A stretch of 64,000 nt of DNA from an uncultured Thermoplasmatales archaeon (GCA_964612945.1 CAZTFR010000001.1:24418-88417), one strand, 5' to 3'. Shown: positions 1 through 10,543, numbered from the stretch's first letter. Notes: generated by a model from the sequence alone, not told the origin. Program-made: numbers and translations.

Positions 1-115
1 AGAACGTAGATATATTTATATATCATGTTTTCAAATTAAAAAGTCCCTTTAAAAAAAAAGAATAAAAAAAGATTTAATAAAACAAGAAATCGACTGGTGT
101 TGCCAATTTTTTTTA

Positions 116-334
116 TTAAAATCTCTTTGGTCGATGATTCTGATAACACTCTCGACAATACACTGGGCGGGTGCCATCAGGTTTGAAAGGAACTTCTGTT
201 TCCTTTCCACAATCTGCACAGGTTACTTTGTGCATTTCCCGCGGAGACCGATCAGATCTTCCGCCTCTTCGTTCTTGATACATACCGTTTGTTTTCCTTT
301 TTTTTCTATGAAAATTACCAAACAACGTTGGCAA
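116..334 (-). CDS. small zinc-ribbon protein (CxxC...CxxC)
   Basis: 72-aa ORF with CADCGK...x17...CRECY, two CxxC pairs. Basic N-terminus. Flanked on both sides by the 14-mer ATATATTTATATAT. Confidence 0.4.
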   Translation of the reverse strand: MPTLFGNFHRKKRKTNGMYQERRGGRSDRSPREMHKVTCADCGKETEVPFKPDGTRPVYCRECYQNHRPKRF

Positions 335-483
335 TCTTTTTTTCCAGCTATCGATAGCTTCTATTTAAGCATTGTGTATTATTTCCTTGGAAATGCATAG
401 AGATCAATGATATAGATTTCCATATATTTATATATGGTGCCTACTTTATTCAAGTAACTAAGAAACTATAGAGGTAGTATTGT

Positions 484-984
484 ATGATGAAAAAAATGGT
501 CCTATCCCTTGCAATAGGTGTTCTTTTGATACTTCCAGCCACCACGATGGCATTACAGATGCCCGTGTTTAACAAAACCACCCGACACCACAGCCCGCTT
601 GTTGCGATCACGCCGTCGTCACACACAGCTGATCATCCCCCAAGCTGGGCAAACGGCAATTTCACTGGGGAATGGGGTATTGACATCTGGGGTCAGGTGC
701 AAATCCCAATTGGCTGGCTATTTGGGTACTATAAACGCAAACCTGATTTTGGATATTTCTACGCCGCGTTTAACACATGGAACGGTGAGGACAATGAAAC
801 CAGTTTTCTTCAAGGATTTTTCTTTGGACCATATATGCTTGGAACTCTTGGTCAGAATGAATCTGCAAACGAAACTGCTTTTGTGGGACTTGGAGGGTAC
901 AATAATACCAATTTCAGCTGGCGTGTGATGGGACTAGAAGGACCTACTTTTTTTATGAGCGGAGAATACACAAAATTTAGCTAA
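484..984 (+). CDS. secreted protein with signal peptide, N-x-S/T sequon-rich
   Basis: N-terminal MMKKMVLSLAIGVLLILPATTMA hydrophobic signal. Multiple N-x-S/T sequons (NKTT, NFTG, NETS, NESANETA, NNTNFS). T-run after the stop. Confidence 0.45.
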   Translation: MMKKMVLSLAIGVLLILPATTMALQMPVFNKTTRHHSPLVAITPSSHTADHPPSWANGNFTGEWGIDIWGQVQIPIGWLFGYYKRKPDFGYFYAAFNTWNGEDNETSFLQGFFFGPYMLGTLGQNESANETAFVGLGGYNNTNFSWRVMGLEGPTFFMSGEYTKFS

Positions 985-1075
985 CCCCATACAATCCTCT
1001 TTTTTTTTATGTACAGAACTATAAAACCTCGGGTTCTTATTACAAGTTTTACTATTTAGATATCGCTGTTATACT

Positions 1076-1819
1076 ATGAATCGAAAACGTGTGTTGAGAA
1101 TAGCTGTTACGGTTTTTGTTATTATCGCAGTTGGGATTGTCCTTTCTTTAGCGGTATCCAATGATTTGTTCTCCTCTGAATACTCCACCTATCCTGCAAA
1201 TGAACCATGGCCGCCGCACTCTCAGGATCTTATCGGGCTTACCAATGGAACCGCAGCTGCTCCCCATTACTGGCAAGGATGGAACCCAGGAGGCATCCAA
1301 ATCATAGGGCCACATACCAATGCCTACCAATTCACCTATACGCTCCCCCAGAAAACCCTCAAAAGGATCACCTCTTTTCATCTTCTCTGGTACAACACCT
1401 ACCAGCTATCACACACCCCTGAATGGATCAAAGAAAATACCTATTTGATTATCCAAAACATCACGTCTACCTATCAACCTACTACCGTGGAAAATATCAG
1501 AGAACTCCCTGGAGTCTACCCGTATAGAAACCAAGAGAGAGGTCAACATATCACCTGGGACAACCTCAACTACACCCTCACCAACGAAACAACACTCACC
1601 TTTACGATCTGGACCGATCCTGGCCCCTACCGCGGTCTCTGGACTCATTGTTTCACCCCCTATTTTCATAAAGATGTCCCTGATTTCAACGGTGACGGCA
1701 CCATAAAGGATATCATCGGATACACCGCAACGATCACTCCCTCAACCAATTTCTCTACTAAAGAAAACACCCCGGAAAACTATGAAGCAGTGCATTGGAT
1801 AACGTTTCAAAAAGGATGA
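1076..1819 (+). CDS. membrane-anchored extracellular protein, sequon-rich
   Basis: N-terminal TM helix (LRIAVTVFVIIAVGIVLSLAV). Several NxT/S sequons (NGTA, NITSTY, NYTLTNETT, NFST). Confidence 0.4.
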   Translation: MNRKRVLRIAVTVFVIIAVGIVLSLAVSNDLFSSEYSTYPANEPWPPHSQDLIGLTNGTAAAPHYWQGWNPGGIQIIGPHTNAYQFTYTLPQKTLKRITSFHLLWYNTYQLSHTPEWIKENTYLIIQNITSTYQPTTVENIRELPGVYPYRNQERGQHITWDNLNYTLTNETTLTFTIWTDPGPYRGLWTHCFTPYFHKDVPDFNGDGTIKDIIGYTATITPSTNFSTKENTPENYEAVHWITFQKG

Positions 1820-2018
1820 AAAACAGTTATAATCAATTTATAAAAGCAGAATCGAAATATATAAAAACAAAGGGGAAATATCCTACCATGCAAAAAGAAG
1901 TGAAAAAATAGTTTCCGGTATGTCTCGTTTTTTCGAACATTGTGAAACATCTTTTTCATTTATTTTTGTATTAATAAAAAGAACATAGACCTCTTAGTCT
2001 AAGGAGGAAGAAACTAGT

Positions 2019-2210
2019 ATGGAAGGAACCATCAAATGGTATAATGCACGAAAAGGCTTTGGTTTTATAGAACAAGAAGGCGGAAAGGACGTTTTTGTCC
2101 ATCGATCCGCAGTCCCTATGGGAACTTTTCTCAACGAAGGGGATAAAGTCTCTTATGAAGTTGAAGAGAGTGACAAAGGTCCAAAAGCAATCAATATAAA
2201 AAAATTATAA
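2019..2210 (+). CDS. csp: cold-shock protein (CspA family, S1-like CSD)
   Basis: 63 aa with the canonical RNP motifs [12 protein letters not shown] and [14 protein letters not shown] 8 nt upstream of the ATG. Confidence 0.85.
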   Translation: MEGTIKWYNARKGFGFIEQEGGKDVFVHRSAVPMGTFLNEGDKVSYEVEESDKGPKAINIKKL

Positions 2211-2260
2211 CCAAGTAATTTCTACTTAGTACCTCGTACTTTGTCTATCACCAGATCGTA

Positions 2261-2935
2261 TCAGCTTGGCTGGGCGCTCTGGTCTATTATTCTTATTTTT
2301 TTTCGAATTAATACCAACAAAATAACTGCAAAGTTTACCCCTATGGCTACACCAAGAATTTGATGAATCGTTATTGCAGAATAGGCAAATAAGTTAAAAA
2401 GTGCATGGACTCCAATGGCAAGGGCAACATAGGGTAAAAAAGATGTCCACCCGGTTTTTTTCAAAAGCATTCTAGAATATCCATATCCCGTAAGTGCAGT
2501 TGCGGAGGCATGCAGAACCCCTGATCCGATGGTGCGAAGGTAAAACAAAGACACGAGAACAACCCATCCACCTCCCCAGAATTCAATTCCGTAGAGAAGA
2601 TTTTCTGTTGCAGCAAAACCAAATCCGATAACCGCCCCTAAGATGAATCCGTCTTCTATCTCATCAAGGTCAGAACGAATGAATCGTAATCCCCATGGTT
2701 TTACCACTTCCTCAACGACCGGTACAAGAAGAACAGAGAGGATAAAAAAATTAGACACATGAAATGATACAAGTCGTTCAATACCTAAGGAGACAAGAGC
2801 AGCAATACTTGCACCCCAGATAAACATGAGAAGAAGAGGTCGTATTTTTTCTCGATTAATTTTTTCCGCACGTTGCATCCATAGCATTAAAAAAATCATT
2901 GGAAGAAATGACATGGGTAACAACACTGCAAGCAT
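2261..2935 (-). CDS. PrsW-family intramembrane protease-like protein
   Basis: Polytopic membrane protein with EEVVK (EExxK), FAATEN (FxxxE) and HASATALTGYG (H-x7-G) motifs typical of PrsW/M82. Confidence 0.55.
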   Translation of the reverse strand: MLAVLLPMSFLPMIFLMLWMQRAEKINREKIRPLLLMFIWGASIAALVSLGIERLVSFHVSNFFILSVLLVPVVEEVVKPWGLRFIRSDLDEIEDGFILGAVIGFGFAATENLLYGIEFWGGGWVVLVSLFYLRTIGSGVLHASATALTGYGYSRMLLKKTGWTSFLPYVALAIGVHALFNLFAYSAITIHQILGVAIGVNFAVILLVLIRKKIRIIDQSAQPS

Positions 2936-2996
2936 ACAGAGTATGCTTTGGGTTACCGGCTATTTAAGTCGTGTGTAACAGCTCTTATCCAGAATA

Positions 2997-3560
2997 CTAC
3001 TCAGATCCATAATCTTCAATAATCCATTGAGCGGCATCGAGGAGATTTTTTGCAATATAGGTGGGTGTACTATTACTTGTTTCTAGCTCAGCTGCTCCCC
3101 GTTCGTTTTCCAATAAGATTGTTTTACATCCCACCGCTTCACCTGCTTGTACATCCATAATGCGATCACCAACCATATATGCTTTCTCTGCAGTAATATG
3201 ATGATCTGAGATGGCTTTTTTAAGAAGACCTGGTTGTGGTTTTCGACAACCACATCCCTCATCAGGATGGTGGGGGCAGAAATAGACTTGTTTCACCTTA
3301 CCTCCGGCTTCTTCCAGCTCGTGGATCATTTTTCGATGCATGTCCTCAAGCTCTTCAGGGGTGACCATTTTTCGGGCAATAACTGATTGATTCGTGATGA
3401 AAATAGTGGAAAAACCGTTTTTGGTAAGCAAACGGATTGCCTCTTTTGCATGTGGAAGAAAATGAAATTCTTCCCATGATTTAATATGATCTGGGCTGTC
3501 ACGGCTGACGGTTCCGTCACGGTCTAAAAAAACTACTTTTTCCATGGTTCTACTCTGCAT
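2997..3560 (-). CDS. gmhB: D,D-heptose 1,7-bisphosphate phosphatase (HAD-IIIA, GmhB-like)
   Basis: VFLDRDGTV HAD motif I. CPHHPDEGCGCRKPQPG zinc/His-phosphatase-like insert. GDRIMDVQAG motif. Confidence 0.7.
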   Translation of the reverse strand: MQSRTMEKVVFLDRDGTVSRDSPDHIKSWEEFHFLPHAKEAIRLLTKNGFSTIFITNQSVIARKMVTPEELEDMHRKMIHELEEAGGKVKQVYFCPHHPDEGCGCRKPQPGLLKKAISDHHITAEKAYMVGDRIMDVQAGEAVGCKTILLENERGAAELETSNSTPTYIAKNLLDAAQWIIEDYGSE

Positions 3561-4221
3561 CAGTCATTAAAAAGGCTACCATATGACCAAGAAGTGTATG
3601 CATGTCTTCACTGTGTTGCATGTTATCTATTTCAACAGTGATGCATTCATCGGCAACCTGTTTTAGTGCTCCCCCGTCAAATCCAGCAAAACCAATGGTG
3701 TAACACCCCAGCTCTTTTGCCTGTTGCATACCTTCGATAATGTTTTTTGAGTTTCCGCTTCCACTGATACCAAGAACGACATCGTTTTTGTCTGCAAGAA
3801 TGTAGAGTTGCTCTTTAAAGATCACACTGTAGTCGTCATCGTTACTATATGCAGTGATTGAGGCGATACTATCAGTGAGGGCGATGGCTTTCAGTTTTCT
3901 GAATTTTGAAAAATCGCAGATCAGATGGGAGGCAAGCGAACCGCTTCCACCATTTCCCATAAGAAATACTTTTTTTCCTTCTCTACGTGTTTTTTCAAGA
4001 ATCTGCAAGACACGTTGTATTTGATCCGTTTTCTTTTTCAGCTGTTCAATACATTGAATGGATTCATCAAGATACTGCTGAATCTGATTCGTCCTATCTG
4101 TATAGGTTGGACTAGTATCTGTTGATTTTTGTGTTGGTTGTTTTTTCTCCTCACTCTTTTGTATTATACCTTGTCTCATCCTTACCACCTTCTCATTTTT
4201 TTGTATGAGACTCGGTTCCAA
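3550..4221 (-). CDS. gmhA: phosphoheptose isomerase (SIS domain, GmhA-like)
   Basis: KVFLMGNGGSGSLASHL and LGISGSGNSKNII SIS motifs. The low-complexity N-terminal about 40 aa suggests the true start may be an internal Met. Overlaps the gmhB start (operonic). Confidence 0.7.
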   Translation of the reverse strand: MEPSLIQKNEKVVRMRQGIIQKSEEKKQPTQKSTDTSPTYTDRTNQIQQYLDESIQCIEQLKKKTDQIQRVLQILEKTRREGKKVFLMGNGGSGSLASHLICDFSKFRKLKAIALTDSIASITAYSNDDDYSVIFKEQLYILADKNDVVLGISGSGNSKNIIEGMQQAKELGCYTIGFAGFDGGALKQVADECITVEIDNMQHSEDMHTLLGHMVAFLMTDAE

Positions 4222-4346
4222 CAGGGGGAACCGATGAGGAAACTACTAGCAAGCCTACTTTTTTTTCAGCTCGTAATTTATTTTAAAGTTTATAGTTTGA
4301 TTGATTTATATATTTTTCCAAATTTCAATCTTTTTTTGATATGAAC

Positions 4347-5315
4347 TTATTCTTCCACATAAATGATACGACTGCCCTGAGGTTCAAGTCTAAAGGAGGT
4401 TTCTGTTAGATCATTGAGTGCCTTTCGAACCGGTTCTTGTTTTTGTTTTTCGATGTAGAGCAGTAAGAATCCGCCGCCACCAGCGCCTAATATTTTTCCA
4501 CCAAGCGCTCCTGCTTTTCGAGCTTTTTTATAGATAGTATCTATAGTTTTATTGGTAACCTTTCCTGTTTTCTTTTTGTATTCCCATGCAGTATGTAAAA
4601 GTTCTCCAAAACTGGAAAGATCATTGTTCCTGAGTGCTTCAGCCATCTCATGAGAGAGTTCTTTGAGTTTGTCGACTTGCCTGTATAGCACTTTCATGTT
4701 TTGTTTGCTTTCAGACAGAATCGTGCTTGCTTTACGGTTGACTCCTGTGTAGACGAGCAGGAGATTTGCGTTAAGTTGTTCGATGGTTTGTGTGTGGGCG
4801 ATGATGGGGTTGACAAAGACGGTTTCATCTGAGTTGAAACGGATAGTGTTGAGCCCCCCGTAGGCGCAGGCGTATTGATCTTGTTTACCGATGGGTTCGT
4901 GAAGGCGGCGTATTTCGATCTCGCAGGCTTCCTGGGCAAGTTTTTCTGCCCCCGCGTGTTCTCCTTTGTATGCGTGAAGCGCATTGAGAAGTCCGACGGT
5001 AAACGCGCTAGAGGATCCAAGACCGGTTCCAGAGGGAATATCGGCAATGGTGGTAATTTCTAGGCCACCATCAAGGTCGAGGAGCTGCAGTGCCTCGCGG
5101 ACGATAGGATGTTGAATTTCACCAACTTTTTCGACGATTTCAGTTTTTGAGTAGCTCACACGGATGTGGTTGTCGAATTTTTTGTTGACGGTGACATAAA
5201 TATATTTGTCAATGGAAGTGCTAATCACTGATCCGTAGGAGTGTTGATAGTAGTCTTGCAGATCAGAGACGCCTCCTGCAAAACTAATGCGAAAGGGTGT
5301 TTTTGAGATAATCAT
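4347..5315 (-). CDS. hddA: GHMP kinase, D-glycero-D-manno-heptose 7-phosphate kinase-like (HddA)
   Basis: MIISKTPFRISFAGGVSDL N-terminus. GHMP ATP-binding loop PSGTGLGSSSA. Confidence 0.7.
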   Translation of the reverse strand: MIISKTPFRISFAGGVSDLQDYYQHSYGSVISTSIDKYIYVTVNKKFDNHIRVSYSKTEIVEKVGEIQHPIVREALQLLDLDGGLEITTIADIPSGTGLGSSSAFTVGLLNALHAYKGEHAGAEKLAQEACEIEIRRLHEPIGKQDQYACAYGGLNTIRFNSDETVFVNPIIAHTQTIEQLNANLLLVYTGVNRKASTILSESKQNMKVLYRQVDKLKELSHEMAEALRNNDLSSFGELLHTAWEYKKKTGKVTNKTIDTIYKKARKAGALGGKILGAGGGGFLLLYIEKQKQEPVRKALNDLTETSFRLEPQGSRIIYVEE

Positions 5316-6250
5316 TGCTCATCCAACAAATAGCGGACGGTTCGTCGCACCGCATCTTCTAGTTTTACAGTGGTACGCCATCCCTGTTTTTTTGCTTTTT
5401 TATAGGAAAGAACCGTGATGGGAACGTCGCCTACCCAGCCGCGATCCCCCCCGGTAAATGTGTACTTCACATCAGATAGACCCATCTCATCGACAATAAT
5501 AGGGGCCAGATCTTTGACTTTAATTGATTCATCATTGGCAAGATTGTATGCTTCGACGACCACATTAAAATCCTGTTTTGGTATATTGATCAGCCCGGCA
5601 ACACAGTCGCTGACATCAAAATAGGATTTCGTCTGATTTCCATCTCCCAAAATTTCTAGCTCTCGTGGATTTTTTTGCAGTTTAGCGACAAAATCGGGAA
5701 TCACCCCATGAGTGCTCCGTCTACCAACAACATTTGCAAACCGAAACATCCAGGACTGAATACCATAGGTGTAACAATAGGAGCTGATAAATTTCTCAGC
5801 AGCAATCTTACTTGCCCCATAAAAGGAAATCGGGCGAATATCTGGGAGATCCTCTGGTGTGGGTATCACTTCAGTTTCTCCATAGAGTGCGGAACTGGAG
5901 GCAAACACCAATTTTTTTATATCATGAAGACGCATGAATTCAAGGACGGTATGCGTGCCAATCACGTTTTCTTCAAGATCCACACGGGTGTTATGGACAC
6001 CACTGCGAATGTCTGCGTTTGCGGCGAGATGAAATACCCAGTCAAATGATTCATCAGTAAAACTGGATAACTCTTTAATGTCTTTTTTTCGAAACTCAAA
6101 GTTGTCTTTTCCCTCATGGTGTTTAAGAAACTCGCTTTTACCCGTTCTAAGATTATCTATTGCGACAAGTTTCTCAGGATTTTCAGCCATCAATGTATCA
6201 ACCAGGTTACTTCCGATGAACCCGGCGCCACCGGTTATAAGATATTTCAT
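5312..6250 (-). CDS. NAD-dependent epimerase/dehydratase (extended SDR, GalE/WbpP-like)
   Basis: ITGGAGFIGSNLV Rossmann motif and YGASK catalytic YxxxK. Confidence 0.75.
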   Translation of the reverse strand: MKYLITGGAGFIGSNLVDTLMAENPEKLVAIDNLRTGKSEFLKHHEGKDNFEFRKKDIKELSSFTDESFDWVFHLAANADIRSGVHNTRVDLEENVIGTHTVLEFMRLHDIKKLVFASSSALYGETEVIPTPEDLPDIRPISFYGASKIAAEKFISSYCYTYGIQSWMFRFANVVGRRSTHGVIPDFVAKLQKNPRELEILGDGNQTKSYFDVSDCVAGLINIPKQDFNVVVEAYNLANDESIKVKDLAPIIVDEMGLSDVKYTFTGGDRGWVGDVPITVLSYKKAKKQGWRTTVKLEDAVRRTVRYLLDEQ

Positions 6251-6417
6251 CTATCATTCACCTTTTTTTCTAAACATACTTTTCTATGAGGCATACTATC
6301 TGCGTCTCAGAAGAAAACCCTCAGAAAAGACAGAGGTAGTGCCTCGAATGACCTGTCTTGCAGTGATAAAAAAGGATAACTTAAATCTTTCTACAGAAGA
6401 CACCATCTTTTAATGCT

Positions 6418-7245
6418 TTATCGTTCACTTGCTTGTGATTTTCGAAGTCGTTCTTTTGTCATGGTTTTTTTCCCAATAAGTTTACAGAAAAAATACCCAA
6501 AACTTGCAAAAAACAGACGGATCAACTTCCAGGCAGATTCTCCTCGTTTAACCTTTACCATGTCAATAGGATCATACGCGGACCAGAGTGTGCCATGTTT
6601 TAAAGTCAGCTCTTTTCGTCCGAATCCATACCAAAAGGATTGCTTGAAAAACCCCATAAGTGATTCACGAGCCCGATGATACACAATAGCTCGTTTGTTA
6701 TACACTAACCTGAACCCTTGATCGACAGCACGAAAGTTCAGATCAACCTCTTCGGCTTCCTTAAACCAGGGATCAAATCCTTCAAGTTGATCAAACACCT
6801 CCTTTTTATAGGCAAGATTTACACTGGGATAGGTTACATCCACCCCCTTATGAATGATGCCTACTCTACCGAGTGAGCCGAATCCTTTGAAGCCCAGACG
6901 GACCTCCCGACCTGCTACCACATCTGCGTTCCTCAAAGATTTTTGTATTTCTTCAATCCAAAATGCATTGGCAATAGCATCAGCATCAATAAAGGCGACC
7001 ACATCACCCGTGGCCTTTTTTGCACCAAAATTTCTCCCTGCCGCACGAGAACCAGGATCAGAGTAAAAGGAAATAAAATCATACAGCTTCTCATATTTTT
7101 TTACCAGTTCTGGTGTCTCATCGGTGCTCTCTGCATCCGTCACAATCACCTCATAGGGCTGCACGGTCTGCACAATCAGACTATCCAGCAAATCACAAAT
7201 ATAAAATGCTGAATTCCGTGTAATCACAATCACACTTGTTTTCAT
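6418..7245 (-). CDS. glycosyltransferase family 2
   Basis: SVIVITRNSA...VIVTDAESTDET...FIDAD (DxD) GT-A signature. Confidence 0.7.
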   Translation of the reverse strand: MKTSVIVITRNSAFYICDLLDSLIVQTVQPYEVIVTDAESTDETPELVKKYEKLYDFISFYSDPGSRAAGRNFGAKKATGDVVAFIDADAIANAFWIEEIQKSLRNADVVAGREVRLGFKGFGSLGRVGIIHKGVDVTYPSVNLAYKKEVFDQLEGFDPWFKEAEEVDLNFRAVDQGFRLVYNKRAIVYHRARESLMGFFKQSFWYGFGRKELTLKHGTLWSAYDPIDMVKVKRGESAWKLIRLFFASFGYFFCKLIGKKTMTKERLRKSQASER

Positions 7246-7410
7246 CTGTACCAGGCGACATACAATTCATCAATTATAACAATTTGCAGAAACAACCGCG
7301 TTTTCTTTTCCTCTTTTCATTTGAACAACATTTATAAAAAATTCCTTGTTACATTCCCCACCAGACGTCTTGTAAAACAAAATAAAACGGATGACTGAGG
7401 GATAAAAGGC

Positions 7411-8295
7411 ATGCGTGTTCTCATTATCGGTATCGACGCTCTCGAACATTTCCTCGTCGAAGAATGGAACCTCAAACATCTCAAACAAAAAGAATATGGC
7501 ACCGTGCGCGTACCACTAGCCAGAGGACTTTCGGAGCCATCGACAGAAATTGTGTGGCCCTGCTTTATCACCGGACAACCACCACGACAAATGGGATATG
7601 ATTCACCAATTCTCTACCGCCAACCCTACAAATGGCTTTTCGAACACTTCTACGCACCCTTTACCTCCTCTCACTCGGATATACACCCCGAAGACATCAT
7701 CGAAGAACGATCAACCACACGACGAATCCTTGATCAGTTTAGCAGCAGCATGATGAAAGCCGGTCTCTTTTATCATCCCACCAAAAAAGACATCACCGCA
7801 CCCACTCTATTTGACAACAACGCCATCAAATCAGCACACTTCCACATCCCTGTCTACGACAACGATGCCTTTCCCTTCGACCGCAAACTCATCTTTGACG
7901 TCCTCAACAAAACCTATCCTGCCTCACCGTTTCTCAAAACCTGCAAACAGGCCATACAGACCCGCTGTCAAGAACTAAACACCTATCTTACCAACAATAC
8001 CGATTGGCAACTGGTGATGATGTATTTTTTCACCCTCGACGCCGTCCAACATGCCTTCTACAACAAAAAACTCACCATCATGGACTTCTACCTCCTCTTC
8101 AATAACTACATCGGAACCCTCAAAAAAACACTACCCAAAAACACCCTACTCCTCATTATCTCTGATCATGGACAAAAAAAAGGCATTCACACCCTCCATG
8201 GATTCTACAGCAGCAACAAAAAACTAAAACTACACAACCCTGATATCACCACCTTCAAACCCCTCATCGAAAACCTTCTCGAGAAAAAACCATGA
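7411..8295 (+). CDS. alkaline-phosphatase-superfamily protein (type I phosphodiesterase/nucleotide pyrophosphatase-like)
   Basis: VLIIGIDAL N-terminus and C-terminal LLLIISDHGQKKG metal-site motif. Coding strand strikingly G-poor and C-rich. Confidence 0.4.
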   Translation: MRVLIIGIDALEHFLVEEWNLKHLKQKEYGTVRVPLARGLSEPSTEIVWPCFITGQPPRQMGYDSPILYRQPYKWLFEHFYAPFTSSHSDIHPEDIIEERSTTRRILDQFSSSMMKAGLFYHPTKKDITAPTLFDNNAIKSAHFHIPVYDNDAFPFDRKLIFDVLNKTYPASPFLKTCKQAIQTRCQELNTYLTNNTDWQLVMMYFFTLDAVQHAFYNKKLTIMDFYLLFNNYIGTLKKTLPKNTLLLIISDHGQKKGIHTLHGFYSSNKKLKLHNPDITTFKPLIENLLEKKP

Positions 8296-9455
8296 AACAC
8301 ATCGGCATCCTTGAATACACATATCATTCCATCTACTTTGCCACACTTGCAAAAATCACCAACACCCCTACAACCAAAGTCACCTTATGTACCACTGAAG
8401 AAATCTATCACCGTATCCTCCCGCATCTCCCTAATATCAACGACTACCACTGCATACTTAAAAACAAAACAGAAAGCATCAACAGCTTTCTCAAACGAGT
8501 GGAAACATACTGTAACAAACATATCGATCTTCTTTTTGTCAACACTATCCAGGAATCACTCAAAGATCTCCCCCATCATCTTGCCTTCAATCCTAACTGT
8601 AAAAAAATTCTTACTATCCACGATGTCAACACCTGGCTGAAACCCAAACCACAGTTTGATCTCATACGTCCCCTACGTACCTTAGACACCCTCATGAGTA
8701 CGCTACTCATTCAACACAACATCCTTCCAAAATACACAGCAATTAACGTCGTCTACCCTCCCCTAAAAGACTATGTAGAATGTAATACCACCTACGACAA
8801 ACCAATTTTCACCCTACCATTCATGCTGTATAATCCCGATAAAAAAACAAAACAAACAAAGCAAACCAAACAAATCCATTTTGTTGTCCCTGGAGAAATC
8901 ATCAACACGCGACGAGATCATCAAACCATTCTCACCGTCTTCACATCCCTCTTCAAAAAATATAAACAACGCATAAACCTCACCCTGCTTGGAAGACCAC
9001 GAGGAAACTATGGAGCAACAATACTCAATCACGCTGAAACCCTTAAAAAACAAGGATACAACATCACCTATTACAAAGAATTTGTCCCAGAAACCCTCTA
9101 CGACGAAACCCTCCAAAACGCAGATGTCATCATAGCACCTGTCAAACTACAAACCACAAGTTTGGGCACCATCAAAGAAATCTTCGGACAGACCAAAGCA
9201 TCAGGAGCACCGTACGAAGCAATTCAATACGCAAAACCACTTATTATCCCCAACGGATTCAACATGGTAAAAGAACTTACAAACTCAATCCTCCCCTATG
9301 CATCAGAAGAAGATTTACAACAACACCTCACCAAGCTTATCACAAATCCAAAAAAACTTGCGACCATTAAAAAAAACGCTCAAAAAAATGCAGCCATATT
9401 TTCCCTAAAAACTCAACAGAAATACTTCCAAGAACATATTTTAAATAAGATTTAA
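8292..9455 (+). CDS. GT-B fold glycosyltransferase-like (GT4-like C-terminal domain)
   Basis: C-terminal half has the E...ADVIIAPV...[10 protein letters not shown] pattern of GT1/GT4. Contains a [11 protein letters not shown] low-complexity repeat. G-poor coding strand. Confidence 0.4.
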   Translation: MKHIGILEYTYHSIYFATLAKITNTPTTKVTLCTTEEIYHRILPHLPNINDYHCILKNKTESINSFLKRVETYCNKHIDLLFVNTIQESLKDLPHHLAFNPNCKKILTIHDVNTWLKPKPQFDLIRPLRTLDTLMSTLLIQHNILPKYTAINVVYPPLKDYVECNTTYDKPIFTLPFMLYNPDKKTKQTKQTKQIHFVVPGEIINTRRDHQTILTVFTSLFKKYKQRINLTLLGRPRGNYGATILNHAETLKKQGYNITYYKEFVPETLYDETLQNADVIIAPVKLQTTSLGTIKEIFGQTKASGAPYEAIQYAKPLIIPNGFNMVKELTNSILPYASEEDLQQHLTKLITNPKKLATIKKNAQKNAAIFSLKTQQKYFQEHILNKI

Positions 9456-9502
9456 CAATAACCAATATACTTCCCAAGAAAAAAGGTACTGGAGGAGGTA
9501 TC

Positions 9503-10543
9503 ATAAAAAAAGCATTAATCACCGGCATCACTGGTCAAGACGGCTCCTATCTTGCAGAATATCTGCTGCAAAAAGGATATGAAGTCCACGGCATCAAACG
9601 AAGGAGCAGCATCATAAAAACAGATCGCATCGACCATATCTATCAAGACCTTCACGAAGACGACCTTCGATTTATCCTTCACTATGGCGACATGACAGAT
9701 TCCAGTAATCTCAACCGAATCGTCGAACAAATAGACCCTGATGAAATCTACAATCTCGCCGCACAAAGCCATGTGAAAGTATCCTTTGATGTCCCCGAAT
9801 ACTCCGCAGAAGTAGATGCCATCGGCACCTTACGTCTTCTCGACGCAATAAAAGAGGGCGGCGTGAAATGCAGATTTTACCAAGCCTCCAGCAGCGAAAT
9901 GTACGGAAAAACCACCGAGTTTCCACAAAACGAACACACTCGATTCAACCCACAAAGCCCGTATGCCGCAGCAAAAGTGTTTGCCTATTGGGTAACCAAA
10001 AACTACCGTGAAGCATACCATATGTATACTGCAAACGGCATTCTTTTCAATCATGAATCACCACGACGAGGAGAAACCTTTGTAACCCGAAAAATAACCA
10101 GGGCCATCGCAAACATTTACCATAAAAAACAAAAACAACTATTTCTCGGCAATATTCATTCCAAACGAGATTGGGGGTATGCCCCGGAATATGTCGAAGC
10201 AATGTGGATGATGCTGCAACATCACACACCTGACGATTTTGTAATTGCGACAAACGAAGAACACAGCGTCAAAGAATTCTGTGAACATGCCTTCGATGAA
10301 ATCGGGATCACCATCGAATGGAAGGGAACTGGCGTAAAAGAAAAAGGAATCGACAAACGAACCAAAAAAACTCTTATCAAAATCGACCCATATTACTTCA
10401 GACCTACTGACGTTGAACGACTTCAAGGTGATTACTCCAAAGCAAAAAAACAACTTGGCTGGAAACCAAAAACCACCTTTAAACAACTCGTAAAACTGAT
10501 GGTACAAGCAGATTTGGAGCGTGTAGAACATGCAAACATTTGA
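9503..10543 (+). CDS. gmd: GDP-mannose 4,6-dehydratase; frame lacks ATG/GTG/TTG, probable ATA start
   Basis: N-terminus (I)[36 protein letters not shown] aligns with the Gmd N-terminus. Open frame 9449..10543 has no ATG/GTG/TTG before the Rossmann motif. GGAGGAGGT sits 7 nt upstream of ATA at 9503. Confidence 0.8.
   Translation: MKKALITGITGQDGSYLAEYLLQKGYEVHGIKRRSSIIKTDRIDHIYQDLHEDDLRFILHYGDMTDSSNLNRIVEQIDPDEIYNLAAQSHVKVSFDVPEYSAEVDAIGTLRLLDAIKEGGVKCRFYQASSSEMYGKTTEFPQNEHTRFNPQSPYAAAKVFAYWVTKNYREAYHMYTANGILFNHESPRRGETFVTRKITRAIANIYHKKQKQLFLGNIHSKRDWGYAPEYVEAMWMMLQHHTPDDFVIATNEEHSVKEFCEHAFDEIGITIEWKGTGVKEKGIDKRTKKTLIKIDPYYFRPTDVERLQGDYSKAKKQLGWKPKTTFKQLVKLMVQADLERVEHANI

Noticed and set aside
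599-928. 109-aa plus-strand ORF nested in an alternative frame inside the 484..984 secreted-protein gene; similar nested or antisense ORFs occur at 1148..1381, 1207..1422, 1409..1669 inside 1076..1819
   Set aside because: Overlapping alternative-frame or antisense ORFs within better-supported CDSs. No signal peptide, motifs or independent ribosome-binding sites.
8840-8880. AAACAAACAAAGCAAACCAAACAAA short tandem repeat, considered as a possible repeat element or CRISPR-like feature
   Set aside because: It is a codon-level low-complexity stretch ([11 protein letters not shown]) inside a CDS, a single copy without spacers. No CRISPR array is present anywhere in the window.
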